The notes: generated by a model not told the origin, from the letters alone. 32,000 bases of DNA from Candidatus Odinarchaeia archaeon (GCA_029856525.1 JAHQXC010000003.1:6370-38369); one strand, 5' to 3'. Shown: positions 16,478 through 26,376, numbered from the stretch's first letter. Program-made: numbers and translations.

Positions 16478-16597
16478 ATGAATCCCATTTTGTAGTTTAA
16501 CTACATATAGCATAAATTAATATTTATACTTTTCCATCATTCTAAAAATATAAAAGTATATAAATACACTTTTCAAAAAATAAAGCTGGTAATCGTT

Positions 16598-17194
16598 ATG
16601 AAGTTTATTTTAACCGGGGTTCCAGGCGCTGGAAAATCAACTGTTTGCAACAGGCTTCTAGAGAGAACCAGCGATGTCAGCGTGGTGAACTACGGGGACA
16701 TGATCTTCGAGGATGCTAAAAAACTCTATCCAAGTCTTATCCAAGTAAGAGAGGATGTGCGTAAGCTCCCCAGAGACGAATATAAAAATATACAGGTTGA
16801 AGCCGCTAGAAAAATAAGTCTAATAAAGGGAAACGTGGTAATCGACACTCACATGTCTGTTAAAACACCTTACGGTTTCTATCCTGGTTTAATCCCTGAA
16901 ACACTTCATATAATACAGCCTGATGGAATAATTCTTTTAGAGTTTAATCCGAGGGATGTTATCGCTAGACGGGAGAAAGACAGGTTAGCTGGGAAGCGTG
17001 TTACACGTGACAGTGAGAGTGAAGAAGAGATACTTTTACATCAACAGGTGAATCGAATGTACGCTATCAGTTACTCGGCTATAAACCAGTGTTATGTTAA
17101 GATAATAGATTTAACGTGGCCTCAACAATATGATTTTCAACACACAGACTACGCTGTAGGGAAGATAATAGAAATGTTAAATTTTAAACTGTGA
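16598..17194 (+). CDS. adkA: Archaeal (trimeric-type) adenylate kinase
   Basis: GVPGAGKST P-loop, VVNYGD, VIDTH, GFYPGL, RREKD...RD LID, HQQVNR. Confidence 0.93.
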   Translation: MKFILTGVPGAGKSTVCNRLLERTSDVSVVNYGDMIFEDAKKLYPSLIQVREDVRKLPRDEYKNIQVEAARKISLIKGNVVIDTHMSVKTPYGFYPGLIPETLHIIQPDGIILLEFNPRDVIARREKDRLAGKRVTRDSESEEEILLHQQVNRMYAISYSAINQCYVKIIDLTWPQQYDFQHTDYAVGKIIEMLNFKL

Positions 17195-17201
17195 TCACGT
17201 T

Positions 17202-18770
17202 TTAACTAGTCACCTTTTTGAGAAGAATATCTGGACCGGCGAATTCTTTCACATATCCGCTTTGAAGAATGCTTTTCAGTTTATCCCAAGCCTCCTCATT
17301 TCTTATGCATCCAGGGTCAGGTGCTCTAAGATCTTTGAAGTAATTGAATGAGCGTGCTCTGCAACCGCCACAGTAATATCTAAACTCGCAGCTACCGCAA
17401 TTATCCTCTAATATATCTTTATCCCTGCATTCTTTTAGAACCTGGTTATTCACCCATAAATCCTCGAAGTCATCTCTATAAATGTTTCCTACTAAAACCT
17501 CTTTTTCATGCGGGAAGAAGACACATGGATAAAGGTCTCCGTTCGGTTCTATAGCCATATAGAAGCGACCGGCTCCGCATCCTCCTATAAATGAAGCGAG
17601 GTTTTTCAGTTTACCTGAAAAAGACGGGTTATAAAAATGAGTTGGGACAACAACTTGATTACACTCTCCTTCGCTTAGAGATACACCCATAGCTCTCTCA
17701 GTTTGCTGGATTGCAACTCTTGCGAACTGGGGTGCGGTTGAAAGACAGTTAACTTTAACCTTTTTCTCAGATAAAGTATTCCATAAAATTGTTAAAAGCT
17801 CCTCTCTTTCCTGGGGTGTGAGATCCTGATCTATGATGTCGACGCCTCTTCCAGTAGGCACGAAATTATAGACCATAAACCAGTCGGCTCCAAGACTGTC
17901 AACGAATTTTATTAACTCCGGTATTTCTTTATAGTTATAGTGGGTTACCGTCGTAGCAACCTCTACGAAAAGCCCTTCCGCCACACAGTTTTTAATACCT
18001 TCAACTGTTTTATTAAACGCTCCTTTAACACCTCTGAATTCATCGTGTGTTTTAGGATCTAAGCCGTCTAAACTTATCTGGGCGAATTCTAATCCAGCGT
18101 TTTTAAATCTTTTAACAACCTCGCGATCAGCGAAAGTTAAAGCATTCGTAGCGCAGGCTACATACATACCCCGGTTGTGAGCGTGTCTTATCAATTTTAA
18201 TATGTCTTTTCTTATAGTCGGTTCACCGCCTGAAAAAGCCAGTATTATCACACCAGCGTCTGCTAGTTTATCTATAACTTTCAACGCTTGCTCAGTTGTT
18301 AATTCATCCGGGTCAGCTACACCAGCATTCTCATAGCAGTGTTTACATTTAAGATTACATTTCCTGGTTACATTCCAGACGACTTGGAAGGGGGCTCCTG
18401 GAACAAAAGGCTTCCGCACACCGAATTGAGCGATTCCTTTTATAACGTTAGCTAATCCCCTCCGCCAGTATACGTCTGAGAACCTCTCCTTTAAATCTTT
18501 AACAGATACTCCGAAAGACGAGCCTCCTAATTTAAGTATAGGAGCTAAAATTTTAGCTGCAATCTTACACCAAGGGCAGGCTTTATCCCTCTGCCCTGTA
18601 TAAATCTGTAAAGCTACATCCAGCCTGTTGTCTTTGTCAAATTTACAGTACTTAGAGATGCCTTTGAGAACTCTTCTAACTAAAACATTCTCTGTGACGC
18701 CTTTGAACACTTCTATCATTGAACCTGTGTCAACTGTGGTTTTAACTCTTTGACCCTCTTCTTCAACCAT
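17202..18770 (-). CDS. Radical SAM protein with SPASM domain and N-terminal extension
   Basis: CNLKCKHC, FSGGEP, QISLDG, GCGAGRFY...DLYPC, CGSCEFRYYCGGCRAR, DPGC. Confidence 0.92.
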   Translation of the reverse strand: MVEEEGQRVKTTVDTGSMIEVFKGVTENVLVRRVLKGISKYCKFDKDNRLDVALQIYTGQRDKACPWCKIAAKILAPILKLGGSSFGVSVKDLKERFSDVYWRRGLANVIKGIAQFGVRKPFVPGAPFQVVWNVTRKCNLKCKHCYENAGVADPDELTTEQALKVIDKLADAGVIILAFSGGEPTIRKDILKLIRHAHNRGMYVACATNALTFADREVVKRFKNAGLEFAQISLDGLDPKTHDEFRGVKGAFNKTVEGIKNCVAEGLFVEVATTVTHYNYKEIPELIKFVDSLGADWFMVYNFVPTGRGVDIIDQDLTPQEREELLTILWNTLSEKKVKVNCLSTAPQFARVAIQQTERAMGVSLSEGECNQVVVPTHFYNPSFSGKLKNLASFIGGCGAGRFYMAIEPNGDLYPCVFFPHEKEVLVGNIYRDDFEDLWVNNQVLKECRDKDILEDNCGSCEFRYYCGGCRARSFNYFKDLRAPDPGCIRNEEAWDKLKSILQSGYVKEFAGPDILLKKVTS

Positions 18771-18956
18771 TCTATAACACCGTTACTGAAATTTAAGATT
18801 TTAAAGCTTGATTATTCCCTTATAAGTTTTCTTATAAAAAGATTATCTTATCTTTCAACATATAAAATGTGTGAAATTTTAGCTTTAAATTAACTGAAAT
18901 AATTCACGCAGTTAAATATTTAAACATATATTAACCTTTTAGAATAGGGTGGAAGC

Positions 18957-20054
18957 ATGGTTAAAGTTACACTAATACCAGGAGATGGAATAGGCCCTGA
19001 AATAACAGAGGCCATGTTGAAATGTGTGGAAGCTACAGGAGCGGATATTCAATGGGAGAAGGTTTTAGCCGGGTCAGCGGCTATGGAAAAATACGGGGTT
19101 CCCCTACCGGAGGAGACTATCACATCTTTTAAGAAAACACGGGTTCTACTTAAAGGACCGATAACTACTAGTTTCGGCACAGGTTTCAGGTCTGTTACAG
19201 TCGCTCTAAGGCAAACATTTGATTTATACGCTAATGTTAGACCGGCTAAATCTATTGAGGGAGTTGAATCCAAGTTTAAAAACGTCGACCTCGTGATTAT
19301 TAGAGAGAATACTGAAGGCTCCTATTCAGGTATAGAATTTCAGAAAGCTTCACCTGAATTAAAAGAATTAATACAGCTCCTTAAACGCACACATAACGTG
19401 ATAATCGACGAGGACACAGCTATATCTCTTAAGAAAATATCTGTAAAAGCCTCTCAGAGAATAGTGAAGTTCGCCTTCGATTACGCTGTTCAACATAATA
19501 GAAGAAAGGTTACATGCGTTCATAAAGCTAATATACACAAGTTCAGCGACGGGCTGTTCCTCGAAGAAGCTAGGAGAATAGCTCAGCTTTACCCGGATAT
19601 AGTATACGAGGAAAAGGTTGTAGATAATATGGCTATGCAGCTTGTTATGAAACCGGAGGAGTATGATGTATTAGTGACACCTAACCTTTATGGGGATATA
19701 CTCTCAGATCTAGCTGCCGGTTTAGTAGGCGGACTAGGTCTTCTAGCCGGAGCTAACATTGGCTCAGAATACGCTATGTTCGAGCCTGTTCACGGATCAG
19801 CGCCTAAATACGCTGGTTTGAATAAAGTTAATCCGACAGCTATGATCAACAGCGCTGTTATGATGCTTAGACATCTTAAAATGTTTCGTGAAGCTGAATT
19901 ACTGGAGAAAGCCACCTTAAAAGTTATTAAGGACGGTGTTAAAGTAACATATGACTTATATAATAAGCCGGAGGGTTCACCGGCCGGTACAATGGAGATG
20001 GCTGATGAAATAACCCGGCAGATAGAATTACTATTACAGAAAGGTGACGTATAA
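18957..20054 (+). CDS. Isocitrate/isopropylmalate dehydrogenase family (NAD-IDH-like)
   Basis: IPGDGIGPE, LKGPITT, RSVTVALRQ, YANVRP, IRENTEG, VHKANI, NLYGDILSDLAAGLVGG, FEPVHGSAP, NPTAMI. Confidence 0.93.
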   Translation: MVKVTLIPGDGIGPEITEAMLKCVEATGADIQWEKVLAGSAAMEKYGVPLPEETITSFKKTRVLLKGPITTSFGTGFRSVTVALRQTFDLYANVRPAKSIEGVESKFKNVDLVIIRENTEGSYSGIEFQKASPELKELIQLLKRTHNVIIDEDTAISLKKISVKASQRIVKFAFDYAVQHNRRKVTCVHKANIHKFSDGLFLEEARRIAQLYPDIVYEEKVVDNMAMQLVMKPEEYDVLVTPNLYGDILSDLAAGLVGGLGLLAGANIGSEYAMFEPVHGSAPKYAGLNKVNPTAMINSAVMMLRHLKMFREAELLEKATLKVIKDGVKVTYDLYNKPEGSPAGTMEMADEITRQIELLLQKGDV

Positions 20055-21302
20055 TTGGAGATTAAAATACCGTACGGTTCATCTTATCAGAAACTTGTCA
20101 TCGACGACGAAAATATTTTGAAAATAGTATATCCTAATAACGTGGAGAAACGTGATGAAATACGCGTTCTCGAAGAGGCTTTTAACAATCCTGTGGAAAG
20201 CCCGAGGTTAGCCGAGTTCTTAGATAATGTGAAACGTTTTATAATAGTGGTTAACGACGCTCAGAGGTCAACGCCTACATCTAAAATATTAAACTATATT
20301 GAACCTCAACTAGAGGGACGGGACTTTATTTTCCTAGTGGCTACAGGAGATCATAGAGCCCCAACGGAATCTGAGATTAAACAAATTTTAGGTGATAAGC
20401 TTTACAATAAATACCGTGATAGAGTAACATACCATGACAGTAAGAAATCTGAGCTATACTATTTCGGTAAAAGCAGTCGGGGAACTGAAATCTATTTAAA
20501 TAAGCTGGTCGCCGATTACGGTGCTATAATCGCGGTTAACTCGCTTGAACCGCATTATTTCGCAGGATACACAGGCGGTAGGAAGAGCCTTGTACCTGGG
20601 GTCGCAGGGTATAAGACTATCACCCAGAATCACTCACTCTCCTTGTATAGAGAAGCCCAGTTAACGAGGCTTGAAGGCAACCCTGTTCACGAGGACTTCG
20701 AGGATATCGCTCGAATCGTCCTTGAAAAGATTAGAATATTCGCAGTTAACGTTGTCACCGACGGGGACGGTGATATTTACGCCTGCGCTACAGGCGATAT
20801 ATTAAAATCTTTTTACACGCTTATAGAAGCAGCTGAAGAAGTCTACTGTGCTAGAATACCTTGTAAAGCTGAAATAGTGGTTACAATCGCCCGCCCGCCT
20901 CTCGACATCAACCTTTACCAGGCTCAAAAAGCTATAGAATCAGCTAAAATCGCGGTTAAAGATAAAGGAGTAATAATACTGGTAGCTGAATGCCGTGAAG
21001 GAATAGGTCCTCCTGATTTTTACAATCTTATGAAAGAGTCCAGTAACCCTGATGAAATATTCGCTAAAATAAAAAGCAACTATAAGTTAGGTTACCATAA
21101 AACAGCTAAGCTCATAGAGACAGCGATGTTCTCTAATATATTTATAGTTTCAAGTATGAAGCCTGAGATTTTTGAGGGAACATTTATAAAGCCTTTCTCA
21201 AACATAGATAGCGCTCTTCAAGAAGCGCTTAAAATAACAGGGCGAGCTTCTAAAATACTTTTTCTAATGGATGGTGGAACAGTCGCCCCGATAATCAAAT
21301 AA
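20055..21302 (+). CDS. Lactate racemase LarA-family (nickel-pincer-dependent) isomerase
   Basis: NDAQRSTP, ATGDHR, EPHYFAGYTGGRKS, NH, DINLYQAQKA, AECREG, YKLGYHK; TTG start with AGGTGA SD inside the upstream gene. Confidence 0.88.
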   Translation: MEIKIPYGSSYQKLVIDDENILKIVYPNNVEKRDEIRVLEEAFNNPVESPRLAEFLDNVKRFIIVVNDAQRSTPTSKILNYIEPQLEGRDFIFLVATGDHRAPTESEIKQILGDKLYNKYRDRVTYHDSKKSELYYFGKSSRGTEIYLNKLVADYGAIIAVNSLEPHYFAGYTGGRKSLVPGVAGYKTITQNHSLSLYREAQLTRLEGNPVHEDFEDIARIVLEKIRIFAVNVVTDGDGDIYACATGDILKSFYTLIEAAEEVYCARIPCKAEIVVTIARPPLDINLYQAQKAIESAKIAVKDKGVIILVAECREGIGPPDFYNLMKESSNPDEIFAKIKSNYKLGYHKTAKLIETAMFSNIFIVSSMKPEIFEGTFIKPFSNIDSALQEALKITGRASKILFLMDGGTVAPIIK

Positions 21303-21328
21303 TATTATGATTTTCAAGGGAGTTCTAA

Positions 21329-22459
21329 ATGAATCCGTTTTTAGATGGTAAACGCGCTCTCATCTGTTTTCTTAAAAAGAATCCTCACGATCATAAAATT
21401 TACAAACTTAAATTAGATGAATTGAAGAATCTCGTTAAATCCTTGAATATTATAATAGTGGATACAGTGGTTCAAACACGCCTTAAACCAACCTCTAACT
21501 ATTACCTCGGGAAAGGAAGAGTGATGGCTGTTAAAGAGCAGATTAAAGAAAATAAAATCGATCTTATAATATTCTATAATAGATTGAGTAGTAAGCAGAG
21601 ATTGAATTTAAACAGGTTTTTAGAAGTCCCAGTCCTGGATAGAAACGATATTATCTTCGAGTTATTCAGGCGGGGTGCATCCGATAAACTATCTCTACTA
21701 CAGATAGAATACGCTGAAATCTCTAGAATGCTACCATACTATAAATTGATTGTGAAAGAAAAATTTATGAGTGATAGAGCTTTTCTCGGCTCAAGCGGCG
21801 AATACGGATATCATAACACTCTTAAAGCCTATACTCGTAGACTCTGTAAGATTAAAGGGGAGATGGATGACTATTTCCAAGATAAATTATCCCAGATTGA
21901 AAAACGAAAAGCATTAAATAAGCCCTCTGTATGTATTTCAGGCTATTACAATGCAGGTAAAACCACGCTTTTCAATTTTCTAACAGGAGAAAGCAAGGAG
22001 GCTAGCAGTAAACCTTTCACCACTCTGGTGAGCAAGTATCAGACATGTAAATTAGATAAAGATATACTCTTTATAGATACTATAGGGTTTGTAGCGGACA
22101 TGGATTTAAACGTGTTAAAATCTTTCACTCTTAACATGCTAGATATTATGAACGCTGATCTTATCCTTTTCACAGTGGGTTTAGACGATGATCTTGAAGC
22201 TATTAAATTTAAAATACAACAGGGATTTGAAATATACCGTGAGCTTCGAATCGACTTTAATAAAATACTTCTCGTTTTTACAAAAACAGATTTACTTGGT
22301 ATAGAAGCATTCAAAAATTATAAATCAGCTTTAACGGAGCTGTATCCTCCTGATAAAACAATTTTTATATCTGTTTTAAACAGGTTTGGTTTACCGGATT
22401 TAATGGATAAGATTAAGTGTAATCTTAGAACACACGGCAATTGCATTGAAATCATTTAA
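21329..22459 (+). CDS. hflX: HflX-family GTPase (divergent)
   Basis: YLGKG, LSSKQRLNL, DRNDIIFELF, LQIEYA N-domain; G1 GYYNAGKT, G2 FTT, G3 DTIG, G4 TKTD. Confidence 0.82.
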   Translation: MNPFLDGKRALICFLKKNPHDHKIYKLKLDELKNLVKSLNIIIVDTVVQTRLKPTSNYYLGKGRVMAVKEQIKENKIDLIIFYNRLSSKQRLNLNRFLEVPVLDRNDIIFELFRRGASDKLSLLQIEYAEISRMLPYYKLIVKEKFMSDRAFLGSSGEYGYHNTLKAYTRRLCKIKGEMDDYFQDKLSQIEKRKALNKPSVCISGYYNAGKTTLFNFLTGESKEASSKPFTTLVSKYQTCKLDKDILFIDTIGFVADMDLNVLKSFTLNMLDIMNADLILFTVGLDDDLEAIKFKIQQGFEIYRELRIDFNKILLVFTKTDLLGIEAFKNYKSALTELYPPDKTIFISVLNRFGLPDLMDKIKCNLRTHGNCIEII

Positions 22460-22641
22460 AAGTATTTTCAACTAAACCGGATATACTTTTGCACTCTGAG
22501 ATCTATAGATTAACATGTTCATAGAATATAAGTTAAATAGACTGGGATAAAAGTTAAGTTTAAATAAAGTATTTTAAAACCGTTTCAAATTGCATAAAAG
22601 CGGGTTTATCGTTAACCGTGCCATTCATGGAAGCCTATGAC

Positions 22642-23235
22642 TTAAATCATAGATAGCTCAGTATTCCAAGGAGCGTTTTTGAAAATTATTCTTAAATTCT
22701 CACCTGTTTTAACGAGTTGAATATACCCGTCTCTTCTAAGATTTTTCAGTAGATTTATTAATTTTTCATTCGCCATCCTACTTTTAGCTTTCATGTTTTT
22801 CAAATCGGTTTCAGAATACTCTTCAGCTAATGCTAATATTTTAAACTTAGGCTCTTTAATCAATAATTTCTTTATTAAAGCGTTTTTCTCAGCTAAAACT
22901 TTCTTAAACAAATTTTTTTCCTCTTCCAATCTATTTTTGAAATCGTCTACAATTAACTCCAAGCTCTTGTTTAAAGATTCAACATGTCTTGTAACGATTT
23001 TAATACTCTCTTTTAACAGTGTACTAGTCAGATCTTCTAGGATGTTTTCTGAAGTTTTTTTAATGAATGTAATTTTCTCCTCTAACTCTGGGATTTTATT
23101 AAACAGGTTAAAGAGGGTTGTATCCGATTCATTTTTAAAAGCTGAGGTTAGCTTTCTCGCGAATTCTTCTTTAATCTCGTAGAAAACACCGCTTAACTGT
23201 AGAAACAGTTTACGGATTCTTTCATCATTATTCAT
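22642..23235 (-). CDS. Coiled-coil protein with C-terminal winged-helix-like domain
   Basis: Long heptad region, then KEPKFKILAL...LLKNLRRDGYIQLV; start ATG 23235 or TTG 23244, overlapping the upstream stop. Confidence 0.65.
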   Translation of the reverse strand: MNNDERIRKLFLQLSGVFYEIKEEFARKLTSAFKNESDTTLFNLFNKIPELEEKITFIKKTSENILEDLTSTLLKESIKIVTRHVESLNKSLELIVDDFKNRLEEEKNLFKKVLAEKNALIKKLLIKEPKFKILALAEEYSETDLKNMKAKSRMANEKLINLLKNLRRDGYIQLVKTGENLRIIFKNAPWNTELSMI

Positions 23236-23920
23236 TTTCAACAACTCTATTTAAAGAATAAATTTTCAAATCATACATTTCGATGTTGTTTAAAAAATTA
23301 TTGAGCTTATAAACCGGTACTATAGGCACCATGTTATGGAATTGTATTCGTTCATCATACCAGGTTATTATTAACGGAGTGATTTGTTTAACTGGAAGAT
23401 TAGTGTAATCTTCTCTAAATTTTTTAGATTGCACGAGCATCTTTATTCTAGCATCCTGTTTTTCAGCGTATTTTACTAGTAGGCTTCTCTTACCTTGCCT
23501 AGCAGACCAGTGTTTAACATCCGCTGCGAGAATTAAACCGTTTCTATAAGCTAAAATATCTATTTCGAAACGTTTACCAGCTTCTTTGAAACGATAGTGT
23601 AATTTACAATCGAATTCGTTAAATTCTAATATTTTAGCGCAGAGATACTCGAATTGAACCCAATTTAAAACTTCGCTTAAATCTTCTATTGAAAGATGTT
23701 CTTCAATAAGCTTTATTATAATATGGGTTAGCGAATCTTTATCTTTAAGGTCAATCCACCCCTCCTGGTCTTCATCTCTCCCCAGAGATTGATTTATAAA
23801 TCTTATAATATTCTCATCCACAACCGTTTTACTCAAGAAAACTCTCCCAGAATTATCTTTCCCCAGGCTATTCTTAGAGATAAACTCTAAGACCTGTAAA
23901 GGTAGATCGCTTTCCCCCAT
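23228..23920 (-). CDS. PD-(D/E)xK restriction endonuclease-like protein (Mrr_cat/NERD-like)
   Basis: QFEYLCAKILEFNEF, RFEIDILAY, AADVKHWS motif order. Confidence 0.75.
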   Translation of the reverse strand: MGESDLPLQVLEFISKNSLGKDNSGRVFLSKTVVDENIIRFINQSLGRDEDQEGWIDLKDKDSLTHIIIKLIEEHLSIEDLSEVLNWVQFEYLCAKILEFNEFDCKLHYRFKEAGKRFEIDILAYRNGLILAADVKHWSARQGKRSLLVKYAEKQDARIKMLVQSKKFREDYTNLPVKQITPLIITWYDERIQFHNMVPIVPVYKLNNFLNNIEMYDLKIYSLNRVVENE

Positions 23921-24196
23921 TTCAATCTAACCTAAAACTCTTAGTAAAATGATTTTCTCAACTCGAACTTTTAGCATTATAATTTTTAAATCAAATTTAA
24001 TAGTATTTTAACTTTACCAAAAAATTATTTACTTTAAACACCTGAAAGATACTAAAAATCCTGTTAGATTTAGAGGATCAGCTAACATGAATAATTCACT
24101 GTTTTTACTAGAACACTGCATGTTAATGGTTATACTGGTTTACCGCCTATTTAAACTGCCTTAAAGATTTTTCAGAGAATATAATTTAATTTTTTA

Positions 24197-26179
24197 TTAA
24201 TTAGTTTTTGAAGCTTTTTCGTCAACCGCGACAGCTTCACGATCTTCTTTATGTATGTTTAATCTTTTCTCCGCTGCTTCTAATATTTCTTTTAGCATCA
24301 TTGAATATGATAGGCCTGCGAACTTAGCCATTTTAGCTAGATGCCCGTCCCAGCACCAGCCGGGGTTAGGGTTAACTTCTAGAAGCTTCGGGACACCGTT
24401 TTCATCTAATCTCCAATCGAATCTAGCGTAATCCCTGCACTCTAATCTATTGAAGAGTTTAACACACCATTCAACTATAATATTATATGTTTCTGCGGGT
24501 AGATCCGCTACAACGGTTTTAATATTCCAGTAAGGTGAATCTGGAAGCCATTTAGCTTCATAACCGCATATTTTAGGTAACCCCTCCGGTATAGTGCTAT
24601 AATCTTCCTCTGTTATAGGTAGAACTATGTAGTCAGGCGGGTTCCCGATTATCCCTACGCTTAAATCTTTTCCTGTTAGAAACTCTTCTACAAGAATATG
24701 CTTATCGTATCCGAATTTATCTCTTATCTCTGAAATAGCGGCTATGAACTCTTCTCTATTGTAAGCTACACTTTTCTGAGTTATTCCGAAACTGGAGTCA
24801 CCGAAATTAGGTTTAACAATAACAGGGAAGTCGAAGTTGATTTCAAATGTTTTATCCTCTGGTTTAATGAACACAGCTTCCGGAACCGGTATACCCATTT
24901 CTCTTGCAACTCCTCTTACAAGAGATTTATCATAGCAGATTGCTAGACATTGAGGGCCGGCTCCCGTGTAAGGTATACCAAGTACATCTAGTAAAGCTGG
25001 CACGTGAAGTTCTTTACGCGGATCGTTGAAGTAACCTTCATCACAAAGGTTTAAGACTAAATCTATTTTATCTTTTAACTTTATAAGATCGCTGATAAGT
25101 GTATCATGGTCGTTAAGATAAGTGAATTTATAGCCTTCTAGTTCTCTTAAAGCATCTTTCATCTGGTCTATAGTGTAGATGTCGTCGTCGTCGAATACTG
25201 TTGAAGGTTTCACAGGGTCTCTTTTAGTCGGGTCTCCTAGAATTACAACTACGTTTTTAACTTCAGCTTTAGTTCTTCTTTTAACAGGGGACCATTCCTT
25301 TTTAACTAAAGCTGTTAGAACCAGCCGCTGCTCCATCATTCCAAGATCCTGTTTCCTCTTAGAATCTGTCGCTATCTCCCCCTGGAAAACTAGATCTGTG
25401 AAACCTGCGGCTGTTAGAAACTTTATTAGAGTATCTTTAGTGTAAAGTCTTTCAGCGTAGAATTGATCAGCTAAAACACCTTTATTAACGTGAGCTACCA
25501 CTTCTCTGCAAATTAAACGCTGCTCATCTACTGAAAGCGTTCTCTCCCTGCACACGTAATGTTTTTTATCAATCCACTCCCAGGATCGCGGTTGAAAATT
25601 CTTTTTCACATATTCCCCGTCAGCTACGTCGATAAGCAGCTTACCCCACGGTTTCAAGACTCTGAAAACCTCTCTTAAAACCTTCATATCATCTTCAACA
25701 GTTTCAAAGTATCCGAAGCTGTTACCTAGAATCATAACCGCGTCGAATGTGTCAGCTGGATAAGGAAGTTTTCTAGCATCCCCCTCCCTGAATTTCACTA
25801 TTAAATTCTCTTTTTTAGCTGTGTTTCTAGCTTTCTGGATAAGGTATGATGAGCGGTCTAACCCCTCCACGTTTTTAAATCCGCGTCTAGCCAACTCTAG
25901 TGAATGCCGGCCGTGCCCGCAGCATAAGTCTAGTATCCGATCATCCGGCTGAAGTTTTAACATGTCAATGAATAGATCAACTTCTTTAGAAGTGATCTCC
26001 TCGTCGTCGACGACATCCGCGTCTGTTTTAAGATAAAGGGGGGTGAAAAGATTCCTCCACCAGTCAGGTCTAACATACTTTGCTAAATCATCTATCGGAC
26101 CTAGAACTTTCACAGGTTTTTTACCGTTTTTTAAAGGCTTAACAGGTTTAACCTCTAATTCTTTTTTCATAGCCTCCAC
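24197..26179 (-). CDS. Class I SAM methyltransferase fused to D-Ala-D-Ala ligase-like ATP-grasp domain
   Basis: N-half ILDLCCGHGRH, GLDRS, GDARKLP, LGNSFGYF; C-half GIPYTG, DKSL, FPVIVKP, LVEEF, YEAKW, ARFDWR, LEVNPNPG. Confidence 0.88.
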   Translation of the reverse strand: MEAMKKELEVKPVKPLKNGKKPVKVLGPIDDLAKYVRPDWWRNLFTPLYLKTDADVVDDEEITSKEVDLFIDMLKLQPDDRILDLCCGHGRHSLELARRGFKNVEGLDRSSYLIQKARNTAKKENLIVKFREGDARKLPYPADTFDAVMILGNSFGYFETVEDDMKVLREVFRVLKPWGKLLIDVADGEYVKKNFQPRSWEWIDKKHYVCRERTLSVDEQRLICREVVAHVNKGVLADQFYAERLYTKDTLIKFLTAAGFTDLVFQGEIATDSKRKQDLGMMEQRLVLTALVKKEWSPVKRRTKAEVKNVVVILGDPTKRDPVKPSTVFDDDDIYTIDQMKDALRELEGYKFTYLNDHDTLISDLIKLKDKIDLVLNLCDEGYFNDPRKELHVPALLDVLGIPYTGAGPQCLAICYDKSLVRGVAREMGIPVPEAVFIKPEDKTFEINFDFPVIVKPNFGDSSFGITQKSVAYNREEFIAAISEIRDKFGYDKHILVEEFLTGKDLSVGIIGNPPDYIVLPITEEDYSTIPEGLPKICGYEAKWLPDSPYWNIKTVVADLPAETYNIIVEWCVKLFNRLECRDYARFDWRLDENGVPKLLEVNPNPGWCWDGHLAKMAKFAGLSYSMMLKEILEAAEKRLNIHKEDREAVAVDEKASKTN

Positions 26180-26271
26180 TTCTCATTTTTAATCTCAAAT
26201 TTTCTATAAATAACCGTGTAATAGTTGTAAAACAAGTAGAATAAGTTATTAAATAAATCGTTAAATATTGT

Positions 26272-26376
26272 TTTAATCATTGATGATTTAAAATAAGCTT
26301 TTATTTTAGAACCGGTTTTTACAACTCCATTTCGGAATGAACTCACTTTAAATAAGCTCCATGTTTAATCATTGAT
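26272..26376. repeat. Two direct copies of TTTAATCATTGAT (palindromic core AATCA-N-TGAT) plus two AAATAAGCT copies in a divergent promoter region
   Basis: 13-mer at 26272-26284 and 26364-26376; 9-mer at 26291-26299 and 26350-26358. Confidence 0.55.

Noticed and set aside
24197-25300. True D-Ala-D-Ala ligase / peptidoglycan synthesis
   Set aside because: Ddl specificity motifs are altered, there are no mur genes, and the context is archaeal.
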